From positions 726,616 to 790,615 of the forward strand of contig OZ245843.1 of assembly GCA_965228875.1 (NCBI GenBank): a stretch of DNA of 64,000 nt. Direction: 5' to 3'. The position numbers were made by a program, and so were the translations under genes. Source of the stretch: Thalassobaculaceae bacterium. GTDB lineage: Bacteria > Pseudomonadota > Alphaproteobacteria > Thalassobaculales > Thalassobaculaceae. Below the pieces are notes generated by a model. That model ran no database searches, was not told where the DNA came from, and worked only from the letters and a program-made list of their open reading frames with translations. This document shows positions 12,355 to 21,751 of the stretch, piece after piece (the first letter of the stretch is position 1; the number at the start of each line of letters is the position of its first letter).

Positions 12355-12416
12355 GACCCGAGGGGCCGGATCCTGGAAGGTGACGCCATCGCAGTCAGCC
12401 AACCGGAGATGCTGCC

Positions 12417-12629
12417 ATGGCTACGAATGTCGGAACCATCGATCGTGTCCTGCGCCTGGCCCTGGGCCTCGTGCTCGTCGGGCTGCCCGTCCTGACCGAG
12501 TTCGACCTCTGGCAGAACGCGCTCGCCGGGTACGGCGTGCCGGCGCTGGGTGTCGTGCTCGTCCTGACGGCGGCCGTCCGCTTCTGTCCGCTGTATCGGC
12601 TGCTCGGCGTCAACACCTGCCGCGCCTGA
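12417..12629 (+). CDS. DUF2892 (YgaP-like) small membrane protein
   Basis: NVGTIDRVLR...FCPLYRLLGVNTC signature. Confidence 0.9.
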   Translation: MATNVGTIDRVLRLALGLVLVGLPVLTEFDLWQNALAGYGVPALGVVLVLTAAVRFCPLYRLLGVNTCRA

Positions 12630-12672
12630 TCTTCGGTGTGTCCCGAGCGACCCGGAGGAGGCGCGCCATTCT

Positions 12673-12691
12673 TCGGTGACAATGTCACCGA
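12673..12691. promoter_or_regulatory. Palindrome TCGGTGAC-AAT-GTCACCGA, second candidate Crp/Fnr site
   Basis: Perfect 8-bp arms ~60 nt before the YeeE start, as for the first site. Confidence 0.65.
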
Positions 12692-12752
12692 CGCCGTCGG
12701 CGCCCCGAACCATAATTCCACCAACGGACGAAGAACCCGAGGGCACCAGACG

Positions 12753-13184
12753 ATGGAAACCCAGTTCACGCCCATTCTCTCGCTCGCCGGCGGCGCGCTG
12801 ATCGGTCTCGCCGCCGTGGCGCTGATGGCGCTGCACGGGCGCATCGCCGGAGCCACCGGCATTCTGACCGGCTTCGTGTTTCCCCAAGGTCTGTCCGACT
12901 GGTCCTGGCGCGCCCTCATGCTGCTCGGCATGGTCGGCGCGCCGGCGCTCGTCCGGACGGTGACCGGCGAGATGCCGGCACTCGATGTTCCGGTGTCGAC
13001 GGCGGCATTGCTGGTCGGCGGCGTGATCGTCGGGATCGGAGTCACGTTCGCCAGCGGTTGCACGTCCGGGCACGGGGTGTGCGGGATCGCCCGACTCTCG
13101 CCGCGCTCCATCGTCGCCACGCTGATGTTCATGGCCACGACCGCAGCCACGGTCTTCGTCGTTCGCCACGTGGTCGGAGGATGA
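12753..13184 (+). CDS. YeeE/YedE family sulfur-compound transporter subunit
   Basis: GRIAG, GCTSGHGVCGIARLSPRS motif. Confidence 0.92.
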   Translation: METQFTPILSLAGGALIGLAAVALMALHGRIAGATGILTGFVFPQGLSDWSWRALMLLGMVGAPALVRTVTGEMPALDVPVSTAALLVGGVIVGIGVTFASGCTSGHGVCGIARLSPRSIVATLMFMATTAATVFVVRHVVGG

Positions 13185-13188
13185 GTCG

Positions 13189-13650
13189 ATGCGGCTGATT
13201 TCCGCCCTTCTGATCGGTCTCTTGTTCGGCGTCGGCGTGACGATCGCCGGCATGTCCAACCCGGCCAAGGTGCTGAACTTCTTCGACGTCGCCGGAACCT
13301 GGGATCCCAGCCTGGCCTTCGTGATGGCGGGCGCGCTGGCGGTGACCGCCATCGGCTACCGTCTGGTGCTGCGGCGGCCGGCGCCGGTCTTCGGCGACCG
13401 CTTCCAGATTCCGACCCGCAGGGACCTGGACCTGCGGCTCCTCGGTGGATCGGCCGTGTTCGGCGTCGGCTGGGGTATCGCCGGGTTCTGCCCCGGCGGT
13501 GCGCTGTCGGCTCTCGGCACCGGGCGCGGCGACGTCCTGATGTTCGTTGCGGCGGTGGTCGTCGGGATTGCCATCGCCCGCGTCGCCACGAAGGCCGGGG
13601 CAGGCTCTCCCGCCGGCGGAGCCGTCGGCAAACCGACTGAGGAAAAATGA
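13189..13650 (+). CDS. YeeE/YedE family sulfur-compound transporter, second subunit
   Basis: GMSNPAKVLNFFD..WDPSL, FGVGWGIAGFCPG. Confidence 0.92.
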   Translation: MRLISALLIGLLFGVGVTIAGMSNPAKVLNFFDVAGTWDPSLAFVMAGALAVTAIGYRLVLRRPAPVFGDRFQIPTRRDLDLRLLGGSAVFGVGWGIAGFCPGGALSALGTGRGDVLMFVAAVVVGIAIARVATKAGAGSPAGGAVGKPTEEK

Positions 13651-13670
13651 TCGCACCGGAGGAAATCGCT

Positions 13671-14558
13671 ATGACGGACTACCCGATCGACATGACCGTG
13701 ACGCCCGAGGTCGAGGCCTTCTTCGACCCGGCGACCAACACGATCAGCTACGTGGTGAAGGATCCGGGTTCGGCCGCCTGCGCGGTGGTCGACTCGGTGA
13801 TGGACATCGACTATGCCGCCGGCCGCATCACCTACGACCATGCGGACGAGATCATCGCCTATGTCCGCGACAGGGGGCTGACGGTCGAGTGGCTGATCGA
13901 GACCCATGTCCATGCCGACCACCTCTCGGCCGCGCCGTACATCCAGGAGAAACTGGGCGGCAGACTGGGCATCGGCCGGAACATCACGGTGGTTCAGGAC
14001 ACGTTCGGCAAGGTGTTCAACGAGGGCACGGAGTTTCAGCGTGACGGCAGCCAGTTCGACCGGCTGTTCGACGACGGCGACACCTACACGATCGGCGGTA
14101 TGACCGTCTTCGCCATCCACACACCGGGGCACACGCCGGCCTGCATGACCCATGTGGTCGGCGATGCGGCCTTCGTCGGCGACACCCTCTTCATGCCGGA
14201 TGGCGGCAGCGCCCGGGCTGACTTCCCGGGCGGCGACGCCGGCGTTCTCTACGACTCGATCCAGAAGGTTCTGGCCCTGCCCGACGCCATGCGTCTGTTC
14301 ATGTGTCACGACTACGGCCCGAACGGCCGGGAGATCCGGTGGGAGACGACGGTCGGCGAGGAACGGACCCACAACATCCACGTCGGCGGGGGCCGGACGC
14401 GCGCGGAGTTCGTCGCCATGCGCGAGGCGCGCGACGCCACCCTGGCCATGCCGCGACTGATCCTGCCCTCGCTGCAGGTGAACATGCGCGCCGGCAAGCT
14501 GCCGCCGGCGGACAAGGACGGCCGCACTTTCCTGAAGCTTCCCGTCAACGCTCTCTGA
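13671..14558 (+). CDS. pdo: Persulfide dioxygenase (ETHE1/Blh-like MBL fold)
   Basis: ETHVHADHLS, TPGHTPAC, GDTLFMPD.GSARADFPGG, CHDY, MPRLILPSLQVN. Confidence 0.9.
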   Translation: MTDYPIDMTVTPEVEAFFDPATNTISYVVKDPGSAACAVVDSVMDIDYAAGRITYDHADEIIAYVRDRGLTVEWLIETHVHADHLSAAPYIQEKLGGRLGIGRNITVVQDTFGKVFNEGTEFQRDGSQFDRLFDDGDTYTIGGMTVFAIHTPGHTPACMTHVVGDAAFVGDTLFMPDGGSARADFPGGDAGVLYDSIQKVLALPDAMRLFMCHDYGPNGREIRWETTVGEERTHNIHVGGGRTRAEFVAMREARDATLAMPRLILPSLQVNMRAGKLPPADKDGRTFLKLPVNAL

Positions 14559-14609
14559 GCGGATCGATGCGGACGACAGTTTGGGAAAGAGAGAAGGGAG
14601 AACGACGTC

Positions 14610-16304
14610 TTGGAACAGATCAGAAAAATCACCGACGCCCTGTCCGTCAGTCCGCAGGTCACGGTGCCCGAGGTTGCCGCGATCGCCGCTGCAGGTTTTC
14701 GCGCGATCATCTGCAACCGTCCGGACGGGGAGGGGGCCGACCAGCCGACCTTCGAGGAGATCGAGGCGGCGGCGCACGCGGCCGGGATCGAGGCCCGCTA
14801 CCTGCCGGTAGTGTCCGGCAAGGTGCTTGACGAGGACGCCCAGGCCTTTGGCAACGCGATGGAGGCGCTGCCGAAACCGATCTTCGCCTACTGCCGCACG
14901 GGCACCCGCTCGACGACGCTCTGGGCGCTGTCCCAGGCGACGTCGATGCCGCTGCCTGAGATCCTGTCGCGGGCCAGGGCGGCCGGCTACGACATGAGTG
15001 GCGTCGTGCGCCGGATCGCCAATGGCGGCAGAACGCCGACCGATACCGGCGATGCCTTCCACGAGGTGGTGATCGTCGGTGGCGGAGCGGCCGGCATCTC
15101 GGTCGCCGCCAGCCTCATCGCCCGGTCTCCGGGCCTGGACGTCGCCGTGATCGACCCGGCCGACATTCACTACTACCAGCCCGGCTGGACTATGGTCGGC
15201 GGCGGCGTGTTCGATGCCGAGGACACGGCCAAGACCATGGGCTCGCTGATCCCGAGGGGCGTGCGCTGGATCAAGTCGGCGGTAGCCGCCTTCGAGCCGG
15301 AGAACGACGCGGTCATCCTCGACGGCTGCCGGGTGGTGAAGTATCGGCGCCTGATCGTCTGTCCGGGTCTGAAACTGAACTGGAACGGCGTCGAGGGTCT
15401 GGTCGAGACCTTGGGCAAGAACGGCGTCACCTCGAACTACCGCTACGACCTGGCGCCCTACACCTGGGAACTGGTCGATGGGCTGAAGACCGGTCGCGCG
15501 GTGTTCACCCAGCCGCCGATGCCGATCAAGTGCGCCGGCGCGCCGCAGAAGGCGATGTATCTGTCGGCCGACCATTGGCTGCGCACCGGACGGCTCAAGG
15601 ACATCGAGGTCGGGTTCTACAATGCCGGCGGCGTGCTGTTCGGCGTCAAGGAGTACGTCCCGGCGCTGATGGAGTACGTCGAGCGGTACCGCGCGCGGCT
15701 CAACTTCTTCCACACCCTTACGGCCGTCGACGGGGCGGCGAAGAAGGCTTGGTTCACGGTCGCGAAGCCGGGCAGCGCGCCCGAGACGGTCGAGGTCGCC
15801 TTCGACATGCTGCATGTCTGTCCGCCGCAGACCGCCCCCGACTTCATCCGGGTGTCGCCGCTGGCAGACGCCGCCGGATGGGTCGATGTCGATCAGGACA
15901 CCCTTCGGCACAAGACCTACGCGAATGTCTGGAGCCTCGGCGATGCGATGAACGCGCCGAATGCCAAGACCGCCGCCGCGGCGCGCAAGCAGGCGCCGAT
16001 CGTCGCCGAGAATGTGGTGGCGGATCTCCAGGGCCGGTCGCCGACGGCGCATTACGACGGTTACGGCTCCTGCCCGCTGACGGTCGAGCGCGGGAAGATC
16101 GTGCTGGCCGAGTTCGGCTATGGCGGCAAGCTGCTGCCGAGCTTCCCCAACTGGCTGATCGACGGCACCCGGCCGAGCAGGCTGGCCTGGCTCCTCAAGG
16201 AGAAGTTCCTGCCGCCGCTGTACTGGCAGGCGATGCTGCGCGGCCGGGAATGGTTGGCAAAGCCCGAGACGGTGACCGCCGCCCCGCCGAGCGCGACGGC
16301 CTGA
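14610..16304 (+). CDS. sqr: DUF442 sulfurtransferase fused to sulfide:quinone oxidoreductase
   Basis: N-terminal ICNRPDGE...AYCRTGTRS; GGGAAG FAD motif, HYYQPGWT, IKCAGAPQK, YDGYGSCPL; TTG start. Confidence 0.92.
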   Translation: MEQIRKITDALSVSPQVTVPEVAAIAAAGFRAIICNRPDGEGADQPTFEEIEAAAHAAGIEARYLPVVSGKVLDEDAQAFGNAMEALPKPIFAYCRTGTRSTTLWALSQATSMPLPEILSRARAAGYDMSGVVRRIANGGRTPTDTGDAFHEVVIVGGGAAGISVAASLIARSPGLDVAVIDPADIHYYQPGWTMVGGGVFDAEDTAKTMGSLIPRGVRWIKSAVAAFEPENDAVILDGCRVVKYRRLIVCPGLKLNWNGVEGLVETLGKNGVTSNYRYDLAPYTWELVDGLKTGRAVFTQPPMPIKCAGAPQKAMYLSADHWLRTGRLKDIEVGFYNAGGVLFGVKEYVPALMEYVERYRARLNFFHTLTAVDGAAKKAWFTVAKPGSAPETVEVAFDMLHVCPPQTAPDFIRVSPLADAAGWVDVDQDTLRHKTYANVWSLGDAMNAPNAKTAAAARKQAPIVAENVVADLQGRSPTAHYDGYGSCPLTVERGKIVLAEFGYGGKLLPSFPNWLIDGTRPSRLAWLLKEKFLPPLYWQAMLRGREWLAKPETVTAAPPSATA

Positions 16305-16361
16305 GCTTCCTTCGCCGGCCGCCGTCGCGTGGCCGGCCCGTAAACAACCGGACGAAATCCG

Positions 16362-18158
16362 ATGGCCGAAGCATCCAACAGGAAGGCGCGGGGGGCCGCC
16401 CGTTACCTGCCGATCCTCGACTGGGGAGCGCGGTACGACCGCGACGCCCTGGTCAACGACCTGATCGCGGCGGTCATCGTCACCATCATGCTGATCCCGC
16501 AGTCGCTGGCCTATGCGCTGCTGGCGGGGCTGCCGGCCGAGATGGGGCTCTACGCCTCCATTCTGCCGCTGGTAGCCTATGCCATCTTCGGAACCAGTCG
16601 GGCGCTGGCGGTCGGCCCGGTGGCGGTGGTCTCCCTGATGACGGCGGCGGCGGTCGGCAATCTCGATCTCGCCGGCCCGCAGGAATACGCGGCGGCGGCC
16701 ATCGTCCTGGCACTGCTGTCCGGCCTGGTGTTGCTGGCCATGGGCGTGTTCCGGCTCGGCTTCGTCGCCAACTTTCTGAGCCACCCGGTCATCGCGGGGT
16801 TCATCTCCGCATCGGGTCTGATCATCGCCGCAAGCCAGCTCAAGCACATCCTCGGCGTTCCGGCCAGCGGCCACGACCTGTTCGAGCTCCTCGTGTCGCT
16901 GGTCGCGCACCTGCCGCAGGCGAACCCCTACACCCTCGCGGTCGGAGCGGCGGCGACGGCGTTCCTGTTCTGGGTCCGCACGGGGTTGAAACCGTTGCTG
17001 CTGCGCCTGGGCACGGGCGCGCGGCTGGCCGGTGTTCTGACGAAGGCCGGCCCCGTCGCGGCCGTGGCGGCGACGATCGTCGCGACCGGCGTCTTCGGTC
17101 TCGATGCTGCCGGCGTGGCGATCGTCGGAGAGGTGCCGCAGGGTCTACCGCCTATCACCGTCCCGCGGTTCGACCTCGATCTCTGGGGCAGCCTGTTCGG
17201 GTCCGCCGTGCTCATCTCGGTCATCGGCTTCGTCGAGTCCGTCTCCGTGGCCCAGACCCTCGCCGCGAAGAAACGACAGCGCATCGTCCCGGATCAGGAA
17301 CTCATCGGCCTCGGCGCCTCGAACGTGGCGGCGGCGGCGACCGGCGGGTATCCGGTGACCGGCGGTTTCGCGCGGTCGGTGGTGAACTTCGACGCCGGTG
17401 CCGAAACGCCGGCGGCCGGCGCCTTCACCGCGATCGGTATCTGCCTGGCCGCGGTGGCGCTCACCCCGCTGCTGTACTACCTGCCGAAGGCGACCCTGGC
17501 CGCCACGATCATCGTCGCCGTGCTCTCGCTCGTCGACTTCTCGATCCTCAAGCGCACCTGGAGATACTCGCGCGCGGATTTCGCGGCGGTCGTCACCACC
17601 ATGGGCCTCACCCTCTGCTTCGGGGTGGAGATAGGGGTGTCGGCCGGGGTCGCGGTATCGATCCTGCTGTTTCTGTTCAAGACCTCGCGCCCGCATATCG
17701 CCGAGGTCGGCCTGGTGCCGAACACCCAGCATTTCCGCAACATCCGCCGCCACGCCGTTCAGACCGTGCCGAGCGTCCTGACGCTGCGGGTCGACGAGAG
17801 CCTGTACTTCGCCAATGCCCGCTTTCTCGAGGACTACGTCTACGACCGGGTTCAGGGCGATCGCGCGCTCAAGCACGTCATCCTGATGTGCTCGGCGATC
17901 AACGAGATCGACGGCAGCGCGCTGGAGTCCCTGGAGGCGATCAACCACCGGCTCGACCTGATCGGGATCCGCTTTCACCTCTCGGAGGTGAAGGGGCCGG
18001 TGATGGACCGGCTCAGGCGCGCGCACTTCCTCGAGGAAATGACGGGGCGCGTGTTCCTGTCGCAGTTTGAGGCTGCGATGACCCTCGATCCATCCCTTCA
18101 GACCCGTCCGGCCGAGGCTTTGGAAACCGCCCGAGCGGGCGGGCCGCGAGGCGATTAG
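16362..18158 (+). CDS. SulP family anion transporter with STAS domain
   Basis: IPQSLAYALLAG, GGFARSVVN, RVDESLYFANA. Confidence 0.95.
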   Translation: MAEASNRKARGAARYLPILDWGARYDRDALVNDLIAAVIVTIMLIPQSLAYALLAGLPAEMGLYASILPLVAYAIFGTSRALAVGPVAVVSLMTAAAVGNLDLAGPQEYAAAAIVLALLSGLVLLAMGVFRLGFVANFLSHPVIAGFISASGLIIAASQLKHILGVPASGHDLFELLVSLVAHLPQANPYTLAVGAAATAFLFWVRTGLKPLLLRLGTGARLAGVLTKAGPVAAVAATIVATGVFGLDAAGVAIVGEVPQGLPPITVPRFDLDLWGSLFGSAVLISVIGFVESVSVAQTLAAKKRQRIVPDQELIGLGASNVAAAATGGYPVTGGFARSVVNFDAGAETPAAGAFTAIGICLAAVALTPLLYYLPKATLAATIIVAVLSLVDFSILKRTWRYSRADFAAVVTTMGLTLCFGVEIGVSAGVAVSILLFLFKTSRPHIAEVGLVPNTQHFRNIRRHAVQTVPSVLTLRVDESLYFANARFLEDYVYDRVQGDRALKHVILMCSAINEIDGSALESLEAINHRLDLIGIRFHLSEVKGPVMDRLRRAHFLEEMTGRVFLSQFEAAMTLDPSLQTRPAEALETARAGGPRGD

Positions 18159-18267
18159 CGCCGGTGGCGGAGTGGAGCGGTTCCTTTCGATGCCTGGACG
18201 TCGGCGCCAGAAGCTGGATAAAACCAGGACAGGCGCTCTGGCGCGGGGAACATCGGAGGGGAACGGC

Positions 18268-19032
18268 ATGGCACGACCCGTGATCGGCATTCAGTGCAAC
18301 CGCTACATCGCCGAGCGGGTGATCGAGGCCCAGATGACGGGACGGCGGACCATCGACGCGGTCGCCAACGTGGCCGACTGCACGCCTCTCCTGATACCGG
18401 GCATCTCCGAGGCGGTCGACGTAGCCGACCTGCTCCAGGCGGTCGACGGCGTCGTGCTCACCGGCGGGCGGGCGAACGTCCACCCGCGCCACTACGGAGA
18501 GGATCTAACCGACCGGCACGGTGAGATGGACGAGGGCCGCGACGCGGTGGCGCTGCCGCTGGTGCGGGCCTGCGTCGAGGCCGGCGTCCCGATCCTCGGC
18601 CTGTGCAGGGGCATCCAGGAGATCAACGTCGCGTTCGGCGGCACCCTGCACCCGGAGATCGCCGAGCTTCCCGGCAAGCACCGTCACCGCATGCCGAAGG
18701 ACTGCAAGGATCCGGAGATCATCTTCGAACTGCGCGAGCAGGTGCGGCTGCGTCCCGGCGGCGTGCTGGCGGCCATGCTCGGAACCGAGGCCATCGTGAC
18801 CAACTCCCTGCATGGCCAGGCCATTCTGGAACCGGGCGAGCGGATCGTCGTCGAGGGCTGGGCGGCCGACGACACGATCGAGGCGGTATCCGTGGCCGGC
18901 GCGCCGGGCTATGCCATCGGCGTTCAGTGGCACGCGGAATACAACGCCGAGGCGGATCCGGTCAGCCGCAGGCTGTTCGCCGAACTCGGGGCGGCGGCGC
19001 GCGGCCGGCACCGACGCCGCGCCGCGGCCTGA
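18268..19032 (+). CDS. Gamma-glutamyl-gamma-aminobutyrate hydrolase family (peptidase C26)
   Basis: LTGGRANVHP, GLCRGIQE, NSLHGQ, QWHAE. Confidence 0.9.
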   Translation: MARPVIGIQCNRYIAERVIEAQMTGRRTIDAVANVADCTPLLIPGISEAVDVADLLQAVDGVVLTGGRANVHPRHYGEDLTDRHGEMDEGRDAVALPLVRACVEAGVPILGLCRGIQEINVAFGGTLHPEIAELPGKHRHRMPKDCKDPEIIFELREQVRLRPGGVLAAMLGTEAIVTNSLHGQAILEPGERIVVEGWAADDTIEAVSVAGAPGYAIGVQWHAEYNAEADPVSRRLFAELGAAARGRHRRRAAA

Positions 19033-19043
19033 GGGCGGGGCGC

Positions 19044-19832
19044 GTGACGCCGCGCGACAACTGGGGCTGGCAGGCCCGGATCGGCATGTTCATCGTCTCC
19101 AGCGAGGCGGTGCCCGAGGCCGAGTGGTGGGCGATGTGCCCGCCCCATGTCTCCATCCATACCGCGCGGGTCGCCGCCAGGGCGCCCTGGGCCGGCTGGA
19201 ACGCGGAGCGCACCGCCGTGACCCTGGAGCCGGACCTGCGGCGCGGGGCCGAGCATTTCGCCGCCATGCGCCTCGGCGCCGTGGTGATCGGCCACAGCTC
19301 CAGCAGCATCCTGGGCGGGGCCGGCTGGGACGAGGCGGTGGTGGACGCGATCTCCGCGGTCGTGCGGCCCGACACCATCGTCACCACCAACGGGCTCGAC
19401 GGCCAGGCGGCGATGCGGGCCGCCGGGGTGCGCCGGCCGTTCATCGTGCTGCCGCCCTGGTTCAACGCCGCCACCGCCGAGAAGGCGATGGTCTACTACC
19501 GGGGGCTGGGCGTCGAGCCGGTCGGCCCGCTCAGCTACGACCCGGGCCGCGGCTGGCGCGACGTGCCGCACGGCGAGATGTATCCCGAGGGCCTGGGCTT
19601 CGAGCAGCAGGTCGAGCCGCTCTACACCCAGATCCGCAACGCCTGCCCGGCTGAGGCCGACGGCGTCTTCATCGCCGGCACCGGCTTCCGCTGCGTGGCG
19701 ATCCTCGACGCCCTGGAACGCGACCTGCAGCGCCCGGTCCTCTCGGCCAACCAGGTCAGCCTCTGGCACTGCCTGCGCCTCGCCGGCGTGAAGGCGCAGG
19801 TCGAAGGGTATGGCAGCCTGTTCGGGCTGTGA
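19044..19832 (+). CDS. Maleate isomerase / Asp-Glu racemase superfamily protein
   Basis: ARIGMFIVSS, ADGVFIAGT, LERDLQRPVLSANQ..WH.LRLAG, GYGSL. Confidence 0.82.
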   Translation: MTPRDNWGWQARIGMFIVSSEAVPEAEWWAMCPPHVSIHTARVAARAPWAGWNAERTAVTLEPDLRRGAEHFAAMRLGAVVIGHSSSSILGGAGWDEAVVDAISAVVRPDTIVTTNGLDGQAAMRAAGVRRPFIVLPPWFNAATAEKAMVYYRGLGVEPVGPLSYDPGRGWRDVPHGEMYPEGLGFEQQVEPLYTQIRNACPAEADGVFIAGTGFRCVAILDALERDLQRPVLSANQVSLWHCLRLAGVKAQVEGYGSLFGL

Positions 19833-20134
19833 GCTGTTCTCTGGGCGTGTGAAGTGGCGCGGGTGGCGACGACCGTGTCGTTCCGGATAACGGACGTCGG
19901 ATAAAAAAGTCTGGCCGACGACTGGATTGTAAACGAGACGAACAAGACCGCTGTCTTGGTCGATGGCAGGAATGGCCGGGAGGCGGTTGTTTGCATTCGT
20001 CGGCTGCAATGCCGAGCATGCGATCATGCCAAGAGGTCGACGGCGTGACAGTGTCGAAGAAATGCTATGATTTTCAACGATTTCCGTGTTGGAGATCTTC
20101 TGCATTCATCAATTAGAACCGAGGGGGCTATCGG

Positions 20135-21511
20135 TTGAGCGTGCACGATCAGGAGCAGCCGGAAACACCGACGGATCTGGACTTTGCTCACCGCTTGCGG
20201 AGGCGCCTCGCTGCGGTCGCCCCGGGGTGGTGGCTCGTGATCGCGGCCCTAACGATCACCACGGTCCTCTGGGCCATGGGGCGAAGCGCCGTGCCGATGC
20301 CGGGGCCGTTCCGTTCCTGGTTGGATCCGAGTCTTCTGATTTCCGCTTGGTCGATCACTCTTTTTGCCCTTCTCCTCGTCGCGAATACCCGATCACGGAA
20401 GATCGAACCCTTTTTCGGCGGGTTGGACCGGGCCGTCCGTTTACACCGACAACTCGGACCGATCACAGTCGGCTTGATCCTGGTACACGTGGTTCTCTAT
20501 GTTCCACCGCTGTTGGGGTTTGGCGGGTCGCTTGCGGACTTTCTCATTCCCTTCTATTCGCCACGCGGCGCCGAAGGGTTCAATGCTCTTATCCTCTGGC
20601 TGGTCGTCGGCTGGACAGCGCTCGCCTACACCAAGCGCCTGCGCTATGAGCGCTGGCTCAACCTGCATGGCCTCTTCGGACCGATCTTCATCCTGACCTC
20701 CGCGCATGCTTTGGCGGTAGGCCCCACGATCAACGCATACGAACCGTTGCGTTTCTGGATGTGGCTTCTGGTGCTCGTCGGGTCCGGCGCCTGGTTCTAC
20801 CGGGTCGTGCTCTATCGCTGGATTGCCCCCCGTTTCCGGTATTCGGTGCTGCGGGTGGAGCGGACGTCGGAGACTTCGGTGGATGTGGTGATGCGCCCGA
20901 AATCCCGGCGTATGATCTATGAGCCGGGTACCTTCGTCTTCATCAATCGGCCCGACCGGGATCGACGGGAGTTGCATCCCTTCTCAATCTCTTCCTCACC
21001 TGCGGAGAGGGACCTGCGGGTATCGGTTCAGATGGTCGGTGATTTTACCCGTGACCTCCTCAGTCTGAGACCGGGGGATCCGATCGAGGTATTCGGACCT
21101 TTTGGCGGCTTCACGCCCCATCGGTATGGCGGCTACCGCCGTCTGATCTGCGTCGGCTCCGGTATCGGCATCACACCTTTCTTGAGCATGCTCCGCTTTG
21201 AAGGCATCAACAACGACTTCCGGCGGATCTGGCTCTATTACATCGTGAAGGATGCGACAGTCGCGCCATATGACGCCGAGATACAGGAAGCGGTTCCGAA
21301 GGCCGATTCCTACATCGATTACGAACTCTGGAAGACAGCCGAGAAGGGTCGTCCGACCGCCAAGGCACTGTTGGAAGCTACCGAACCCCTCGAAGGGGTT
21401 GCCGTGATGCTGTGCGGCCGCCCGGAGTTCATTCGCGACATGACCCGACAGTTTCGAGAGGCCGGTATTCCGCCCGAAAGGATCATTGCGGAAGACTTCT
21501 ACTTCCATTGA
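20135..21511 (+). CDS. Ferric reductase-like transmembrane domain plus FAD/NAD(P)-binding oxidoreductase
   Basis: GGLDRAVRLHR, WLNLH..AH heme His pattern, HPFSISS, GSGIGITPF, LCG, C-terminal EDF. Confidence 0.88.
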   Translation: MSVHDQEQPETPTDLDFAHRLRRRLAAVAPGWWLVIAALTITTVLWAMGRSAVPMPGPFRSWLDPSLLISAWSITLFALLLVANTRSRKIEPFFGGLDRAVRLHRQLGPITVGLILVHVVLYVPPLLGFGGSLADFLIPFYSPRGAEGFNALILWLVVGWTALAYTKRLRYERWLNLHGLFGPIFILTSAHALAVGPTINAYEPLRFWMWLLVLVGSGAWFYRVVLYRWIAPRFRYSVLRVERTSETSVDVVMRPKSRRMIYEPGTFVFINRPDRDRRELHPFSISSSPAERDLRVSVQMVGDFTRDLLSLRPGDPIEVFGPFGGFTPHRYGGYRRLICVGSGIGITPFLSMLRFEGINNDFRRIWLYYIVKDATVAPYDAEIQEAVPKADSYIDYELWKTAEKGRPTAKALLEATEPLEGVAVMLCGRPEFIRDMTRQFREAGIPPERIIAEDFYFH

Positions 21512-21630
21512 GGAGCGGCCCCGTCATCGGGTAACTGGGTCCGTGCGAAGTTTTCTGTTGCCGGAGGGTCTGGCTCCTGGTTGACGATACTGTGGGGCTT
21601 GATCCGGTGCGCCAGACGTCCGCCCCCAAC

Positions 21631-21696
21631 CCGGATCGCGGATCAGCGGCATGGTGGAGCAGTGGATGCCGCCGCCGCTCAGCCTCATCGTCTCGT
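21631..21696. repeat. Direct repeat copy A, degenerate copy of the amidinotransferase 3' end
   Basis: 62/66 identical to 23212-23277, first 47 nt identical. Confidence 0.92.
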
Positions 21697-21751
21697 CCGA
21701 GCATTTCGTCGGGATGCGCCGCCCCTCCCTCGTGCTGTCGCCCCGGTTCCG

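Noticed and set aside
13356..16910. 1184-aa minus-strand ORF and similar long antisense ORFs (e.g. 5208-6491, 45670-47478, 56576-58150)
   Set aside because: They lie opposite well-supported genes and have no motifs; such shadow ORFs are expected in high-GC coding DNA
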